From the NCBI GenBank assembly GCA_951406725.2, contig OX597831.1:47492001-47556000 (forward strand): a stretch of DNA of 64,000 bases. The letters run 5' to 3'. A program made the translations under genes and the position numbers. Source of the stretch: Octopus vulgaris (Eukaryota). This document shows, piece after piece, positions 12,901 through 25,468 of this stretch; position 1 is the first letter of the stretch, and every line of letters starts with the position of its first letter. A model generated the notes under the pieces. That model had not been told where the DNA came from. It ran no database searches and saw only the letters and a program-made list of their open reading frames with translations.

Positions 12901-13800
12901 AAAAGTGGGTTCTTACCCAAAGGTATATAAAATTTTGTAAAAATTTACTCTGATGATGACATGAAGAAATGAATTTGTATTTAATGTGCATTCAAAGAAT
13001 ATCAAAAATATTATAAAAAGTGCAATAGAAAAGTTCATAATCGTTTCTTACTGTTCTCAATAGAATCCACGTGGTGGTGTTTTGTCGGTAGTTGGTATAA
13101 TCGCTATATTACAGTTGTGTGTAGTGAAGGAGTTCATTATTGTTTCTTGCTGGTATCAAAAGGAACTGCTTTTTTGTTACCTTGTGTTCCAATGGCAGCA
13201 ACAGTAGTGATTGTTGGTCGTAGTAGTAGTGTCCTAGCAGCAGTTACTGTTGGTCGTAATTTTGGCAACCTTGGTGGTGGTTGGGGTTGTGGCAGTTAAG
13301 CTGTGGCCGTGGCAACAGTAGCAGTAGTAGAGGACTGTTGATCGTAGCCGCAATAGTAGTGGGCTCACTGGCACTGTTCACTGACGTCACATAGTTCCAA
13401 AACAATCAAAACCAAACTTCAACGAATACAAGGAAAAGACCCATAACTGTATCCTGTAAGGAAACCAACCAAGCAGAACGACAAGCTTGACCACGGAAGA
13501 AAAACGTCATCAATTTTTTAACGAATCAAAATCAGATCTGCTCGCAGAAAAAAATTTATAAATTCATCTTTCCCTAAAACATACCACTGCAAGCGGGAGT
13601 GACTGTTTAAAGATCTGAGAAATTGTAATTCACCCCACCTCCACCCTTTTTTTACTATTTTAATTCTCACACTGTGGCCGTAGCAGCTAGTAGCAATAGT
13701 AGTGACCACGGTGGTTGTAGTAGTAGTGCTAGTGGAAGCAGTCGTAGTGGTCGTGGTGGTAGAATTTCATTTTTCCTTTTCGGAAGACCAATGTTTTGTT

Positions 13801-14032
13801 TTAATATTCCTGGCCCAGGGTGTTTAAACTTGGTCTAAATTTTTTGATGAAATAAAGTTCTTTATTTTGGCGTTGGGTGAAGGTTACGCTGTCACTGAAT
13901 TTGTAAAGTGGATGAGTTGTAAATTTCGGATTTTCATTTATAGCACATCTATCTATGTGTCCGCTGACCGGTATTTTCCGGTATTCAGGGTTTCTAATTT
14001 GGGATTTATGCACCGCCATCCTTTTACGTAAG

Positions 14033-14033
<1 letters not shown>
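13801..14033 (-). mobile_element. Penelope-like element, GIY-YIG endonuclease C-terminal fragment
   Basis: LRKRMAVHKSQIR...PVSGHIDRC...RQNKELYFIKKFRPSLN (R..H, H, E, LN pattern). The 5' truncation is at a (TA)n tract. Confidence 0.8.
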
Positions 14034-14099
<66 letters not shown>

Positions 14100-14100
<1 letters not shown>

Positions 14101-16038
14101 GTGCTATTCCCCCCACCTCATGCAATACATCATAGAGAGGGTTAGTAAAGAACCTGGCATGGGTAGGGCCCTGATCAATTTGGATCAATCGAAAGGTTTC
14201 GATAGGGTCGACCATCAGTTCCTACTGGCTATCCTTAAGGCGGCTGATTCGGTCCCATTTTCAGAGGTTGGATTGCTGCAATGTGCAGCGACATCTGTTC
14301 AGTGGTCAAAGTAAATGGGTACCTGTCGGAATCGTTTAGCATCACACGTTTGGTCCATCAAGGATGCTCACTCTCACCTCTTCTCTATGTACTGGCACTC
14401 AAGCTATTACTGCGGATGCTGGATGTTTTGAGGGGCATCCCACATAAACTAGGATGCGGAAGGTTCATGTCAGCATATGCGGACGACATCACTGTGATAG
14501 TGTTGGACATCTCGGAAATCAAGATGGTCGGCACTACCCTAAGGGAATACGAAGCAGTGACAGGAGTGATGATTAACCAGGAGAAGTCAGTGGGCCTGCA
14601 GCTCGGCACCTGGAGAGGCAGGTCCTTGCGACTGACAGTGTTGTGTGGCGCTGGATGGAAGGACCGGTTAAGTTGCTTGGGGTCTGGTTTGGGCCTCCAA
14701 GTGGACAAGAACTGGGGTGAGGTGACAGTCTCACCTAGAAATTGGCCGAGAGGAAGCTGTCCCTGAAAGGTTGAGCAGAAGTGGTGAATGCGTACATCAC
14801 ATCCAGCATATGCTATGGCTTGATTGTCGTCCCTTGCCCCGCCTCGTGACTGAATGGGCTAGTGCACTTGCTCTTCTGCTTCCTGTGAAAGAGACAGGTA
14901 CTGCTTGTCAGATGGTCTATTTGTTGTCAACACTAGTTGCGTAGAGGATTGGGCATGGTCTGGCTGATGATGTGCAGACACATGCTAAGACTGTGACATC
15001 TCCAGCAATACCATAATGGGGAGCAAGTGTGGTCGCCGTTTGTTGGATGCACCTTTCTGCAGCTCATTTCCTTGACGGGTTGACAGTCCTAGATCAGGCA
15101 TAGACCGAAGCAGGGCGCTTGGCGCCTAGAGTGTCTTCAAACATTCACAGCCCTCGGTCAGTTAGGCAATGCGGTTGGTGAAAGTTCCACCTTGGAACTC
15201 TATAGTGATGGCATTCTCGGAGAGGTTCTGGGCGTCATGGGATCAACTGGCTGGTCCCTTCCAGAAGAGCTTTGGGCCGGGACCTAGGAGTAACTTCCAG
15301 AAATCCCTGGCCTGGTAGTGCTACCAGGGGGCTCTGCTGGTTTGCGATAAGATCTACATGTATGGGTATGCAGTCAGACGGGCTTGTCCGAGATGCACTT
15401 GGAGCAATGAAACCATTTTGAATGCTCTTGTACAGTGTCCACGCATTGCTAACTTGTGGAGCTTCGTTGAACAGTTACTGTCATGTGTAGGATGGATCTG
15501 GCTATTGTTCAAGTCCATTGTGACGATTGCCCTGTCTCCTTCCTTTGGCCATGAAGGACATGCAGCTTTTCTGTCTGGTGGTTATGGCAAAAGAGGTAGT
15601 GAGGTGGACGCGATTGAAAGGGTTGAAGACGGGTACCTTTCTCTTCGGCCAATGTCTCATTGACTTTTTCAGGTTCCACCTGAAAAGGAAAGTGAGGCTG
15701 GAGAGGGAGGTGCTGTCACTCAGTAAGTTTGTTGAAAGGTAGGTGAATGTGGCAAGAATGGATTGTGTGAATGGACCTACTCTAAGTGTGTGCCTGCAGG
15801 CCGGATGGTATGAAAAGGAGAGGGGTGCCTCCTTGAGCCTTTGGTGTTAGGGGTCCAAAATGTGTGAGGTTTCTTTGGTCACCTCTCAGTGGAATTCACC
15901 CCATCCTATTGGGGAAGTACATTGTTGTTTTAATGTCCATGCTATTAGTTTTTTTGCTGTTTACATGTTTAACCCCACTGTCCCTTGTTTGTGTATTATC
16001 CTTTATATTTTGTATTCAGCCCTGGTGGCCAATAAAGA

Positions 16039-16042
<4 letters not shown>
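14100..16042 (+). mobile_element. Tx1/L1-clade LINE, 5'-truncated, decayed ORF2
   Basis: ALINLDQSKGFDRVDH, QGCSLSPLLY, AYADD, C-terminal CPRC...ETILNALVQCP knuckle, AATAAA at ~16031 followed by (TTA)n. Confidence 0.88.
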
Positions 16043-16090
<48 letters not shown>

Positions 16091-16645
16091 GAGTGAGAGA
16101 GCAGTGCGTGCTATCAAATTAACACTGGGGTTGAATATACAAAGCCCAATATACCCATCATGACTACCCGTCTGATAAACGTACACCAGGCACATGCATC
16201 ACAACCATATGTGTGCAACATAGTGATTTCATATCAAGATAAACAGTGAATGACCTTGCAGGTGGGGCCCAGTTAGGATTTTCTTCTGGTTGAGTAGCCC
16301 ATCCAGCTCAAAAGGTCCCTGAATAAGGATTGTTTAAGGATGCTGAACGAACCACCCATGTTTCCAGAGGTGAATTATCCAAACCCCAAAGAATCCCTCT
16401 CAACACATGGCTATGATGCTCCCCCAATACTTCTGCATGTGATCAGAGATGCACATATTGTCAGCCACTAGGGATATGCTCAACTGGTTAAGGTCAAACA
16501 ACAGACAAGTAAATCTGTGGTATTGAGCAGAATATTTGCTGTAGCCCATCTTTTATACCAAGACAAAACAATGTACATGGTAACACTTCCAATCAGTTAA
16601 GATCAGAAGCCATGAGAGCCATTGTCTGGTACTGCATCAGGGCAT
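16091..16645. repeat. Probable interspersed element bounded on both sides by (TTA)n
   Basis: Higher-complexity 555 bp block between two (TTA)n tracts. Only one copy in the window, so the family is unverified. Confidence 0.4.
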
Positions 16646-16646
16646 A

Positions 16647-16702
<56 letters not shown>

Positions 16703-16859
16703 AAACTGTTCGGTGCCTACAGGTGAATATTTTTTCAAGAATAATCCATACTTAACTAATTTTCTTGAATCTAATTACAAAATCCTACACCTTTTCATTC
16801 CACAACATTGTGGGGGTTGATAAATCTCTACAAACTGCTACACAGAACCGAAGCACTCA

Positions 16860-17150
16860 AGGTAGTAGTAGTGGTAGTGGTCATGGTGACGAGGTAGGTT
16901 GTGCCTGATGCTGATGGTAATGGTGTTGGTAGTAGTAGTAGTAGTAGTAGTAATGTAGGCTGTAGTGGTGATGATGGTGATGGTAGTAGTAGCAGTGAAT
17001 AGTTGTAGTGAGTAGTATTAGTATTTGTATTAGTAGTAGGAGTAGTAGTATTAGTAGTAGTATTAGTATTTGTATTAGTAGTATTAGTAGCAACAGCAGC
17101 AGCAGTAGTAATAGTAGTAGTGATGATGATGGGGATTTTAGTAATAGTAA

Positions 17151-17206
<56 letters not shown>

Positions 17207-18337
17207 CTGATGCAGGCTGCACTGGTGATGATGGTGATGGTAGTAATAGTAGTAGAAGAAGCAGTCATATAGTAGTAGTAGTAGTAGTAGTAGTGGTAGT
17301 AGTAGTAGAAGTAGTAGTGGTAGTAGTAGTAGTAATATAGACTATGTTGGTGATGATGGTGGTTATGGCTAAGATGATGTTAGTAGAGGTGGTAGTATTA
17401 ATGGTGAGTGGGGATAGTAATAACATTAATACTGCCATAATAGTGGTGCTTGATGATGCTGGTGGTGGTTGTGGTGGTGATGGTGGTGGTGGTGGTGGTG
17501 GTGGTGATGGTGGTGATGGTGGGGGTGAGGCAGTGACTGAAGATTTCAATGACAGTGGTTGTATTATTATTGCTATTAGTAATGGTTGTGGTTGTGATGG
17601 TAGTAAGAGGGGTGGGTCGGAATTATGAAGCTGATGACGATGGTGGTGGTTATGGTGATGGTGGTGAAGGTAGTGGGTGGCATCATGTGATGAAGATGAT
17701 GGCAGTGGTATTATTACTGTTATTAACTATTGTTTGTGGTGGTCATCGTAGTGTTTGTGTTGCTGAGAATGATTATGGTGATGGTTGTGGTGGTGATGGT
17801 GGTGATGGTTGTGGTGATGGTTGTGGTGGTGGTGGTGGTGGTGATGGTGGTGGTTGTAATGATTGTGGCGCTGGTGGTGGTCATGGTGCTGGTGAGAATG
17901 ATTATGGTGATGGTTGTGGTGATGGTGGTGATGGTGGAGACGATACCAATAGTGGTATTGATGGTGGCAATTGTATAAATATTAGTGGTAGTGGTGATGG
18001 TACCAGTTTTAGTAGTGGTTACATTATTAGTAGAATGGGTCTTGGCAGGGGTATCAGCAATTTTATTGGTGATGTTGGTGGTATTAAAATCAGTAGTAGT
18101 AGTAGTAGTAGTAGTAGTAGCAGCAGCAACAACAGCAACAGCAGTAGCAGTTGTAGTAGTAGTAGTAGTATAGTAGTAGTAGTAATAATAGTAGTAGTAG
18201 CACTAGCAGCAGTAGTAGTAGTAGTAGTAGCAGCAGCAGCAGCAGTAGTAGTAGTAGCAGCAGCAGTAGTAGTAGTAGTAGTAGTAGTGGTTGTGGTGAT
18301 GGTTGTGGTTATGGTGATGGTGGTGGTGGTGGTGGTG

Positions 18338-18379
<42 letters not shown>

Positions 18380-18380
18380 A
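16860..18380. repeat. Long compound trinucleotide low-complexity tract (GTA/GGT/GAT/GCA)
   Basis: Seen directly; source of the poly-V/T/S/G ORFs. Confidence 0.9.
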
Positions 18381-18796
18381 GAGAATTAGAGGAAGAGCTG
18401 GAATGTGTAAATGGTGCAATAACATGAATGAAAGAAAGAAAGAAAGAAAGAAAGATGGAGAGCCAAGTATAAGCACCATCATAGCAGAATAAGTAGAATA
18501 TAGGAGATGGTGGTGGTGGAGGGGAGGAGGAGAAGAAGAAATAAAAAGAGGGATCAAAGAAAAAGAAAGAAGAGGATGTGATGAATGAAAGAAGAGAATG
18601 ATGGATAGAACAATAAAAAGAAGGTTTGACAAAGAAAGGAAGGAAAGATGTAAGAGAGGAAAAATGGCCCTTGTGATAAGAAGCTTGCTTTTCAATCAGA
18701 TGGTTGCAAGTTCAGTCCCATTGTGTGGCATCTTGGGTAAATGTCTTCTAGTTTAGCCCCCTGACCAACCAATGTCTTGTGAGTGAACTTGGTATA

Positions 18797-19010
18797 TACG
18801 GGGTGGGTGTTGAAAAGTTCCTGGCTTGAAGGGTATTGCAAAAGGCTTGGCTGGAGGCTCAACTTACCAAGTTTTGTTTTTTTCGGAAAAACTGAAGGAC
18901 CCCTGGAATAAGTGTGTGATTCTGAGAGGGGAATATGTTGTATAAAATCATAATTAACTGATCCTCTAGTATTTTCTTTTACCCAAAGCTAGGAACTTTT
19001 CATCCCCCAC
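18797..19010 (+). mobile_element. Mariner-derived MITE
   Basis: TIRs GTGTTGAAAAGTTCCTGGCTT / AAGCTAGGAACTTTTCATC. Interior encodes EKLKDPWNKCVILRGEYV (mariner C-terminus). Sister copies at 63308-63495 and 63950-64000. Confidence 0.75.
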
Positions 19011-19397
19011 CCACATTGTGTGTATATATATATATATATATATATACATATATAGTACAAAGTAAGATAGGGGTTATGGGTTACAGCTGTAAGAAGTAGT
19101 AATTTTTAGGATTTCATTAATTTATACTATGGCTTTTAAATCTGTATTGGTATTATTATCTTACCTATGGATTTATATAATATTTTTGTATGCTTTTGAT
19201 ATTCTCATTTGTAAAATGAATAAATAATCCAACATTATAATATCTGTAAGTTGATGAACAAACCAAATTTGCTTCTCCATTTTCTTATTTGTAGTATATA
19301 TATATATATATATATACATATATATATACTTATCCTCTTGGAGATTTTGGGTAAAAGTGTACTAATGTGTCTTAATTTAATTAAATTCTATGTCTTC

Positions 19398-19491
19398 ATG
19401 CAGCTGAAGATTGCTCTACATTTTAAATTGATGTAATGAAATGATTGCATTGTTCAATTAAATGGAGTCGCATGAAACGATCGTACTGCAT
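19398..19491 (+). ncRNA. Type-I hammerhead ribozyme with long stem II
   Basis: ATGCAG-CTGAAGA-[long hairpin with CATTT/AAATG and AATTGA/TCAATT]-GAAAC-GATC-GTA-CTGCAT; 6-bp stem I, palindromic stem III. Confidence 0.75.
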
Positions 19492-19540
19492 TACCTCTGG
19501 ATATCCTTGTTGCATATTTTGATATATATATATGAAGGGG

Positions 19541-19878
19541 TAAACCCCTCCCCCCGTTTGTCATGAATAACCATGGGATTGCACCTAGGAAGTTCCTCTC
19601 CAAGGCACAAGTCCAGACAAAGTTGTTTATGGAAGAGCAACAGTTGCCCATGCATACCAGCCTCCTCTCTCCACGCCACCAATGTTACCCAAGGGAAAGG
19701 CAAAGACTGATATAGCTTGGTACCATTGATGTCACAACTCACTTCTACAGCTGAGTGAACTGGAGCAACATGAAATAAAGTGTCTTGTTCAAGAACACAA
19801 TACGCAGCCCAGTCTGGAAATCAAACTGACTATCTCATGATTGTGAGCCCAACGTTCTAACCACTGAGCCACATGCGC
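19541..19878 (-). mobile_element. SINE-D (tRNA head, CORE/Meta-like TGTGTTCTTGAGCAAGACACTT segment)
   Basis: Reverse complement matches 48349-48690. Confidence 0.85.
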
Positions 19879-19899
19879 ACACACACACACACACATATG

Positions 19900-19935
<36 letters not shown>

Positions 19936-20536
19936 TGTATGTATATATATATATATATATATATGTATTTGTATATAATGTGTGTATGTGAATGTCTTCA
20001 TGTTAGTGTCTGTACCCTACCATCGGTTAATAACTGGTGTTAGTTTGTTTATGTCCCTGTAACTTACCAGTTTAGTAAAAAGAGACCAATAGTATAAGTA
20101 CCAGACTTTTTAAAATAGAGTAAGTGCTGGGGTTAATTTGTTCAATAAAGCCCTTCAAGGTAGTGCCCCAGCATGGCCACAGTCAAATGAGTGAAATAAG
20201 TAAAAGATAAAAAGAAAAAAGGCAGAAGAAAAAGAGAAGTGACAAAAGCAAAGGAAAGAATAGTAGAATAGCAGGATAACGATGAGAGAGGAGGAAGAAG
20301 CAAACGTAAAGCAGTGGAATAATGGAATAAGAAATAATAGTATGAGAGGGATAAAGTAACAGAATAAGAAATAATACTGGGGAATATTAGAACAAAATAT
20401 ATTGGTAGAAGAGGGGGAATGGGAATAATAGAATAGTGGAATAAAGTACTTGGAGAGGAAGTAAGAGAAGTGACAGAAGGAGGCAGAGAATATTGGAATT
20501 GTGGAATAGGTATAAGAGGAACAGTAAAAAAAATAC

Positions 20537-20900
20537 GTTATTTACATTATTTACATTTGACGGGTATTTGTCCTCATCTTGTTTGTTGTTAACACGTTTC
20601 GGCTGATATACCTTCCAGCCTTCTTCAGGTGTCTTTGGGAAATTTTGAACCTGGGTTCTCATTCCTAAGGTATTTTTCGATGTTGTTGTTATTATTATTA
20701 TTATTATTATAAATCTAATATTTTTCTATCCTTCTGTAATACCAGTTCTCATATGCTGCTCATATCTATACTCGGTCTGGAGGGTATATCAGCCGAAAGG
20801 TTGTGTTAACAACAAACAAGATGAGGACAAATATCCATCGAATGTAAATAATGTAAATAAATGTACATAATTCCTCATCTCTTAAATATAGAACAGTGAA
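20537..20900. mobile_element. Penelope-like pLTR remnant in inverted arrangement with a degenerate hammerhead
   Basis: Arms ~20537-20620 and ~20774-20860 are inverted copies. Minus strand reads ACAC-CTGAAGA-AGGCTG..CAGCC-GAAAC. Confidence 0.65.
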
Positions 20901-22021
20901 AAAATAAACTAGAATGTTTTTCTTTTGGTTCTCATTTCAGTTTGTTATGTTCTTTCTCTTTTAGGTTGTTGTGGTTGGGAAGAAGGTTTCTCAAACACAT
21001 GGCCATGCTTGTACCTCTCTAAGCCACACCTGTAAAGAAAATTGATAGGTCAATCAGTTAAATTCATAACGTGGGAGAGCAAGTAAAGTGTACCCTAGTA
21101 ACTGATTTCTACAACCTTGATGCATTCCTTCTTGCAATTTTCCATATATAATCATCTTTGGCCATCAATGATCTGTCATTTTTATGAATGAGATTAGACC
21201 AGCCCATCACAGATGGGTTGGTCAGCTTCAGCCTCAGTGCTGTGGAATCTAATCTAGTCTGGTCTGGTCTGAACTGGATGCTAAATGATAGACATAAATC
21301 AGTAAATGACAGCTTGGTATTAATGGTAATATATTGTTTTTTACGATTGACATTGGCATTTTTATCATTGTAGTGTAAAGTTAGGTGTGAAGTGCTAATT
21401 ATGAAATACGATCTTAACACCTATTCCTTCACTACTTTTACAATAATAAGCTGCACCTAGCCAACACCAAACAACACGATATACACCAAAACTACACTAA
21501 CCCAACAAAATAAACCAGACTCAGCAATAAAACACACCAATTTCAACATTATTCACGCTGGTTTTCTCAACTGTCAATAAATTATTTAAGATAAAATACT
21601 TTCGCAGACAGAATATTGATGAAGAAAGTTTATTAGTTCGTCAGTGATGGAGTTTTGCAGAAATATATGTTATGATAATAACTGGTCTTGTTGCTAGATT
21701 TATTAATGAATCAGTGATCAAATTAACTTATAGTCTTGCACTTAACCGAAGCCTAACAATCTCAGAACAACCCAGAAACATTAGAGATTACCTCTTACTC
21801 CTGTATAATTCCGTGTTTATTAAATGAGTCCTTGTGAAGGTGATGTGTGAAAAGTTCAGCTTTATTACTGAAAACTTAATGATAATTTTATAGTTTTGTG
21901 CTTGTAAATTTTGCACAGCTAATTGGTGTGATAAGCAATAATGATGATAATGATGATGGTGGTGTTGGTGATGGTAGTGGTGTTGATGATGATGATGATG
22001 ATGATTATTATTATTGCTATT

Positions 22022-22470
22022 TAAGGCAGTGAGCTGGCAGAATCATTAAAACACCAGGGAAAATGCTTAGCAGCATTGCATCAGTCCTTAAGTTCTGAGT
22101 TCAAATGCCGCCAAGGTCGACTTTGCCTTTCATCCTTTCAGGGTCGATAAATTAAGTACCAGTGAAAGACAAGAGTAGATGTAATCAACTAGTTCCCTCC
22201 CACCAAATTTCAGGCCTTGTGCCTATAGTAGAAAATATTATTATTATTATCATCATCGCTATATGCTAGCAATATCGTTAGTAATCTGGGTAAAATGGTA
22301 AGTGGTATTTTGTCCATCATTACATTCTGAGTTCAAATTCTGCTGAGGTCAAATTTGCTTTTCATCCTTTAAGGATTGATAAATTAGGTACCATTGAAAC
22401 ACTGGGGTCGATGTAATCGACTAGTCCCCTCCTCCAAAATTTCAGGCCTTGTGCCTATAGTAGAAAGGAT
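22022..22470 (+). mobile_element. Two tandem SINE-A copies (tail variant A2)
   Basis: Two heads (22022, ~22262); both end CCTTGTGCCTATAGTAGAAA. Confidence 0.85.
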
Positions 22471-22812
22471 TGATTTCAATACCTTGGCTGTAAAATACGA
22501 ATCCACAGGATGCTGACTCTCAGATAAGATTTTTTTAATTTCAACCCGCTAACTACCTCGTATTTCTGCGCGTATCATAAACCCTTATTAGTTCTCTCTA
22601 TTCTGTCTTATTCTGTCTATTTCAGCACCATGCCATCATGTAAATATAGTTCTAGAGTTTTGTCTTACTTATCGATGTCTAAGATAACCTTAGCTCATGC
22701 ATTTCCTTAATCTGCAACATATGAAACACCACCAAGCATTTTGGTTAGCATACTAACAATTCAATTCTGCCAGCTCACCTCCATGTATGTATGTGTATAT
22801 ATATATATATAT

Positions 22813-23152
22813 AAATTAGAAAAAAAACCCCACCTTTCATCAATTCAAAATGAACAATTAAATTACACCATCTAGAAAATTACATATAATAGAAATATTA
22901 AAATTAAAATAACAATAAAATGTCAAGGATTAAGTAAATTGCAAAACAATAATAATAATTTGTTCCTACAAATTATATACGTTTTTATTATTATTTTTTA
23001 TTATTATTTTTTTGCAATTTACTTAATCATTGACATTTTATTGTTATTTTAATTTTGATATTTCTATTATATGTAATTTTCTAGATGGTGTAATTTAATT
23101 GTTCATTTTGAATTGATAAAAGGTGGGGTTTTTTTCTATTTTTTTTCTAATT
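22813..23152. repeat. Fold-back element, ~145 bp inverted arms, beside (TA)n
   Basis: 22813-22958 is near-perfectly complementary to ~23000-23152. Confidence 0.85.
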
Positions 23153-23245
23153 TTCTATATATATATTATATTGTGGGAAATTTGATTTAGTATTTCTAAA
23201 TTGAATTTTTTTCCTTGTAAGTTTGGATTTTATTCCCTCAAATAA

Positions 23246-23286
<41 letters not shown>

Positions 23287-23287
<1 letters not shown>

Positions 23288-23442
23288 AAGAAAGCAGAAA
23301 ATGGAGAAAAATTGATGAACAACAATTGACTTACATCAATTATTATTTACTATTTATTAAAAATAATAAATAATAAATAAATAATGATTGTTGTAAGTCA
23401 ATTTGTTGTTCATCCATATTTCTCTATTTTCTGTTTTCTTTA
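23287..23442. repeat. Fold-back element, ~60 bp degenerate arms
   Basis: AAAGAAAGCAGAAAATGGAGAAA..GAACAACAATTGACTTAC versus GTAAGTCAATTTGTTGTTC..TCTCTATTTTCTGTTTTCTTT. Confidence 0.7.
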
Positions 23443-23611
23443 AATTTTGATTCTTGATAAACTCATATTTATCCTTGTTTTTACCTATAATTTCTGAGCA
23501 TAATATTCTTGCATATGTATGCCCATGGTTAAACACAGGTAATATACCAATAGTATAATGGATACTTCTATCCCTTAGATGGTTATTTTAACCTCTAACT
23601 CACTCAGCTAA

Positions 23612-23690
<79 letters not shown>

Positions 23691-23699
<9 letters not shown>

Positions 23700-23860
23700 G
23701 TGTAGGAAGAAATGGAGCTGAACGAAGATTTAACAAAATTCCTTTATATTATTTTCTACATATGTTTCGAAGGCTGCAAAGTCCCTAATATGTAGAAAAT
23801 AATATAAAGGAATTTTGTTAAATCTTCGTTCAGCTCCATTTCTTCCTACACTTAATATAT
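23691..23860. repeat. Perfect ~73 bp inverted repeat with a 24 nt loop, at the start of a (TA)n-embedded element
   Basis: 23691-23763 versus 23788-23860. The minus strand has a hammerhead 3' half GAAAC-ATAT-GTA at ~23757-23768. Confidence 0.9.
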
Positions 23861-24004
23861 AAAACTTCAAATTTCCACACTAAGGCAGGGTTTTTATGCC
23901 CCATGGTCGTAACTTCAACCGTGCGTTTTCTGTTGTGATTTTTGCTACCCAGGTATCGGTTATCATTTGAATTATCCGTAATAAGATAATTAATTTATCT
24001 ACTT

Positions 24005-24080
<76 letters not shown>

Positions 24081-24599
24081 ATATCGTTTTTTTTTTCCAG
24101 AAAAACATAAAAATGGAGAAGCACACTCCAGGAAGTAGAGCAGTCTATATTTATTACTGGAGAAGGCCTGTTTATAGGGTTACCCTGGGTTTCTTGCCAT
24201 AAGGAGTATCTTTATGGTGTATCATTAGACCCTGAGACTTGTTGGCCTATGGCCTCTTTAAAGTATGGTGAGGCGGAAACGAAATGGATATCAACAATGG
24301 GGGTTGTCTCCCTCTTCTGGTAGTTATCGCTGGTCATTGGCTTCTGGCTATGTCATCCTCCTTCAGCTACGCCACCTGTCAGTTGTGAGGGTAGAAGGTC
24401 GGGGGTTATGTCTCACTCTCATCAGCAATCAATTTCCATATATACTGATAGAGAATTCAGTCTGGAATCTGCCGAAGTCAAGCCAGTTCTTGCTGATAAG
24501 GCAATGAAATTGCCAAAACTGACAGGTCAGTATAAGGAATTCTCGATTGTTTTCTTTTGGATGATTATAGTCTCTGTCAGTATAAACATATACACACAT

Positions 24600-24992
24600 A
24601 GGCATAGGCATGGCTGTGTGGTAAGAAGCCTGCTTCTCAACTACATGGTTCTAGGTTCAAACCTACTGTGTGGCACCTTGGGTAAATGTCTTCTACTATA
24701 GCCTCGGGCTGACCAAAGCCTTGTGAGTGGATTTGGTAGACAGAAACTGAAAGAAGCCCATTGTATATATAGATGTGTATATATGTTTATGTGTGTGTGT
24801 GTCTTTGTGTCTGTGTTTGTTCCCCCACCATCACTTGACAACCATTGTTGGTGTGTTTATGTCCCTGAAACTTAACAGTTTGGCAAAAGAGATTGATAGA
24901 ATAAGTACTAGGGGTCAATTTGTTCGACTAAAGGTGGTGCTCCAGTATGGTCACAGTCAAATGACTGAAACATGAAAAAGGGTAAAAGAGTA
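24600..24992 (+). mobile_element. SINE-B
   Basis: Head, internal microsatellite and tail present. Confidence 0.88.
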
Positions 24993-25012
24993 AATATATA
25001 TATATATATATA

Positions 25013-25048
<36 letters not shown>

Positions 25049-25235
25049 AAGAGAGAGAGAGAAAAAGAGAGAGAGATGTTTATATATACATATATATTTA
25101 TACATACATGTGTATGTGTGTCTGTGTGTTCATGTGTGTGTGTGTGTGTGTGTGTGTAAGGAGAAAAGTGGCTTTAGTTGATTGTTCCCATGAAAATTAA
25201 GAGTAGAATTTTGACATCGTTAATCAAAGACAAGA

Positions 25236-25468
25236 TTAACCCTTTCGTTACCAACCCGGCTGAAACCATCTCTGACTCTGAGTGCAAATGTCTTGTTTTC
25301 ATAAGTTTTGAATCAAAATCTTCCACCAAACCTTAGTCACAATTAATGTTCCTAACACTAGCTGAATGATAACTAAGTTATGTTACTAAATTCTTTGTTA
25401 TATTGAAAGTAATTGAAAGAAACACAGAGTATCTCAAAATAAATACAGTATGGATAACAAAAGGATAA
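25236..25468. mobile_element. piggyBac-type MITE
   Basis: Starts TTAA-CCCTTTCGTTA; ends in a degenerate complement TAACAAAAGGATAA. Confidence 0.55.

Noticed and set aside
16828-18427. Gly/Asp-rich, poly-Val and poly-Thr ORFs (up to 292 aa)
   Set aside because: Translations of trinucleotide low-complexity DNA, open in several frames on both strands.
20945-21040. Apparent exon with splice-like signals on both strands
   Set aside because: The minus strand resembles a decayed SINE-B head.
24101-24325. Open frame of ~74 codons after a good acceptor (tttttccag)
   Set aside because: No recognisable protein, and it lies directly after (TA)n like other TE remnants; insufficient support.
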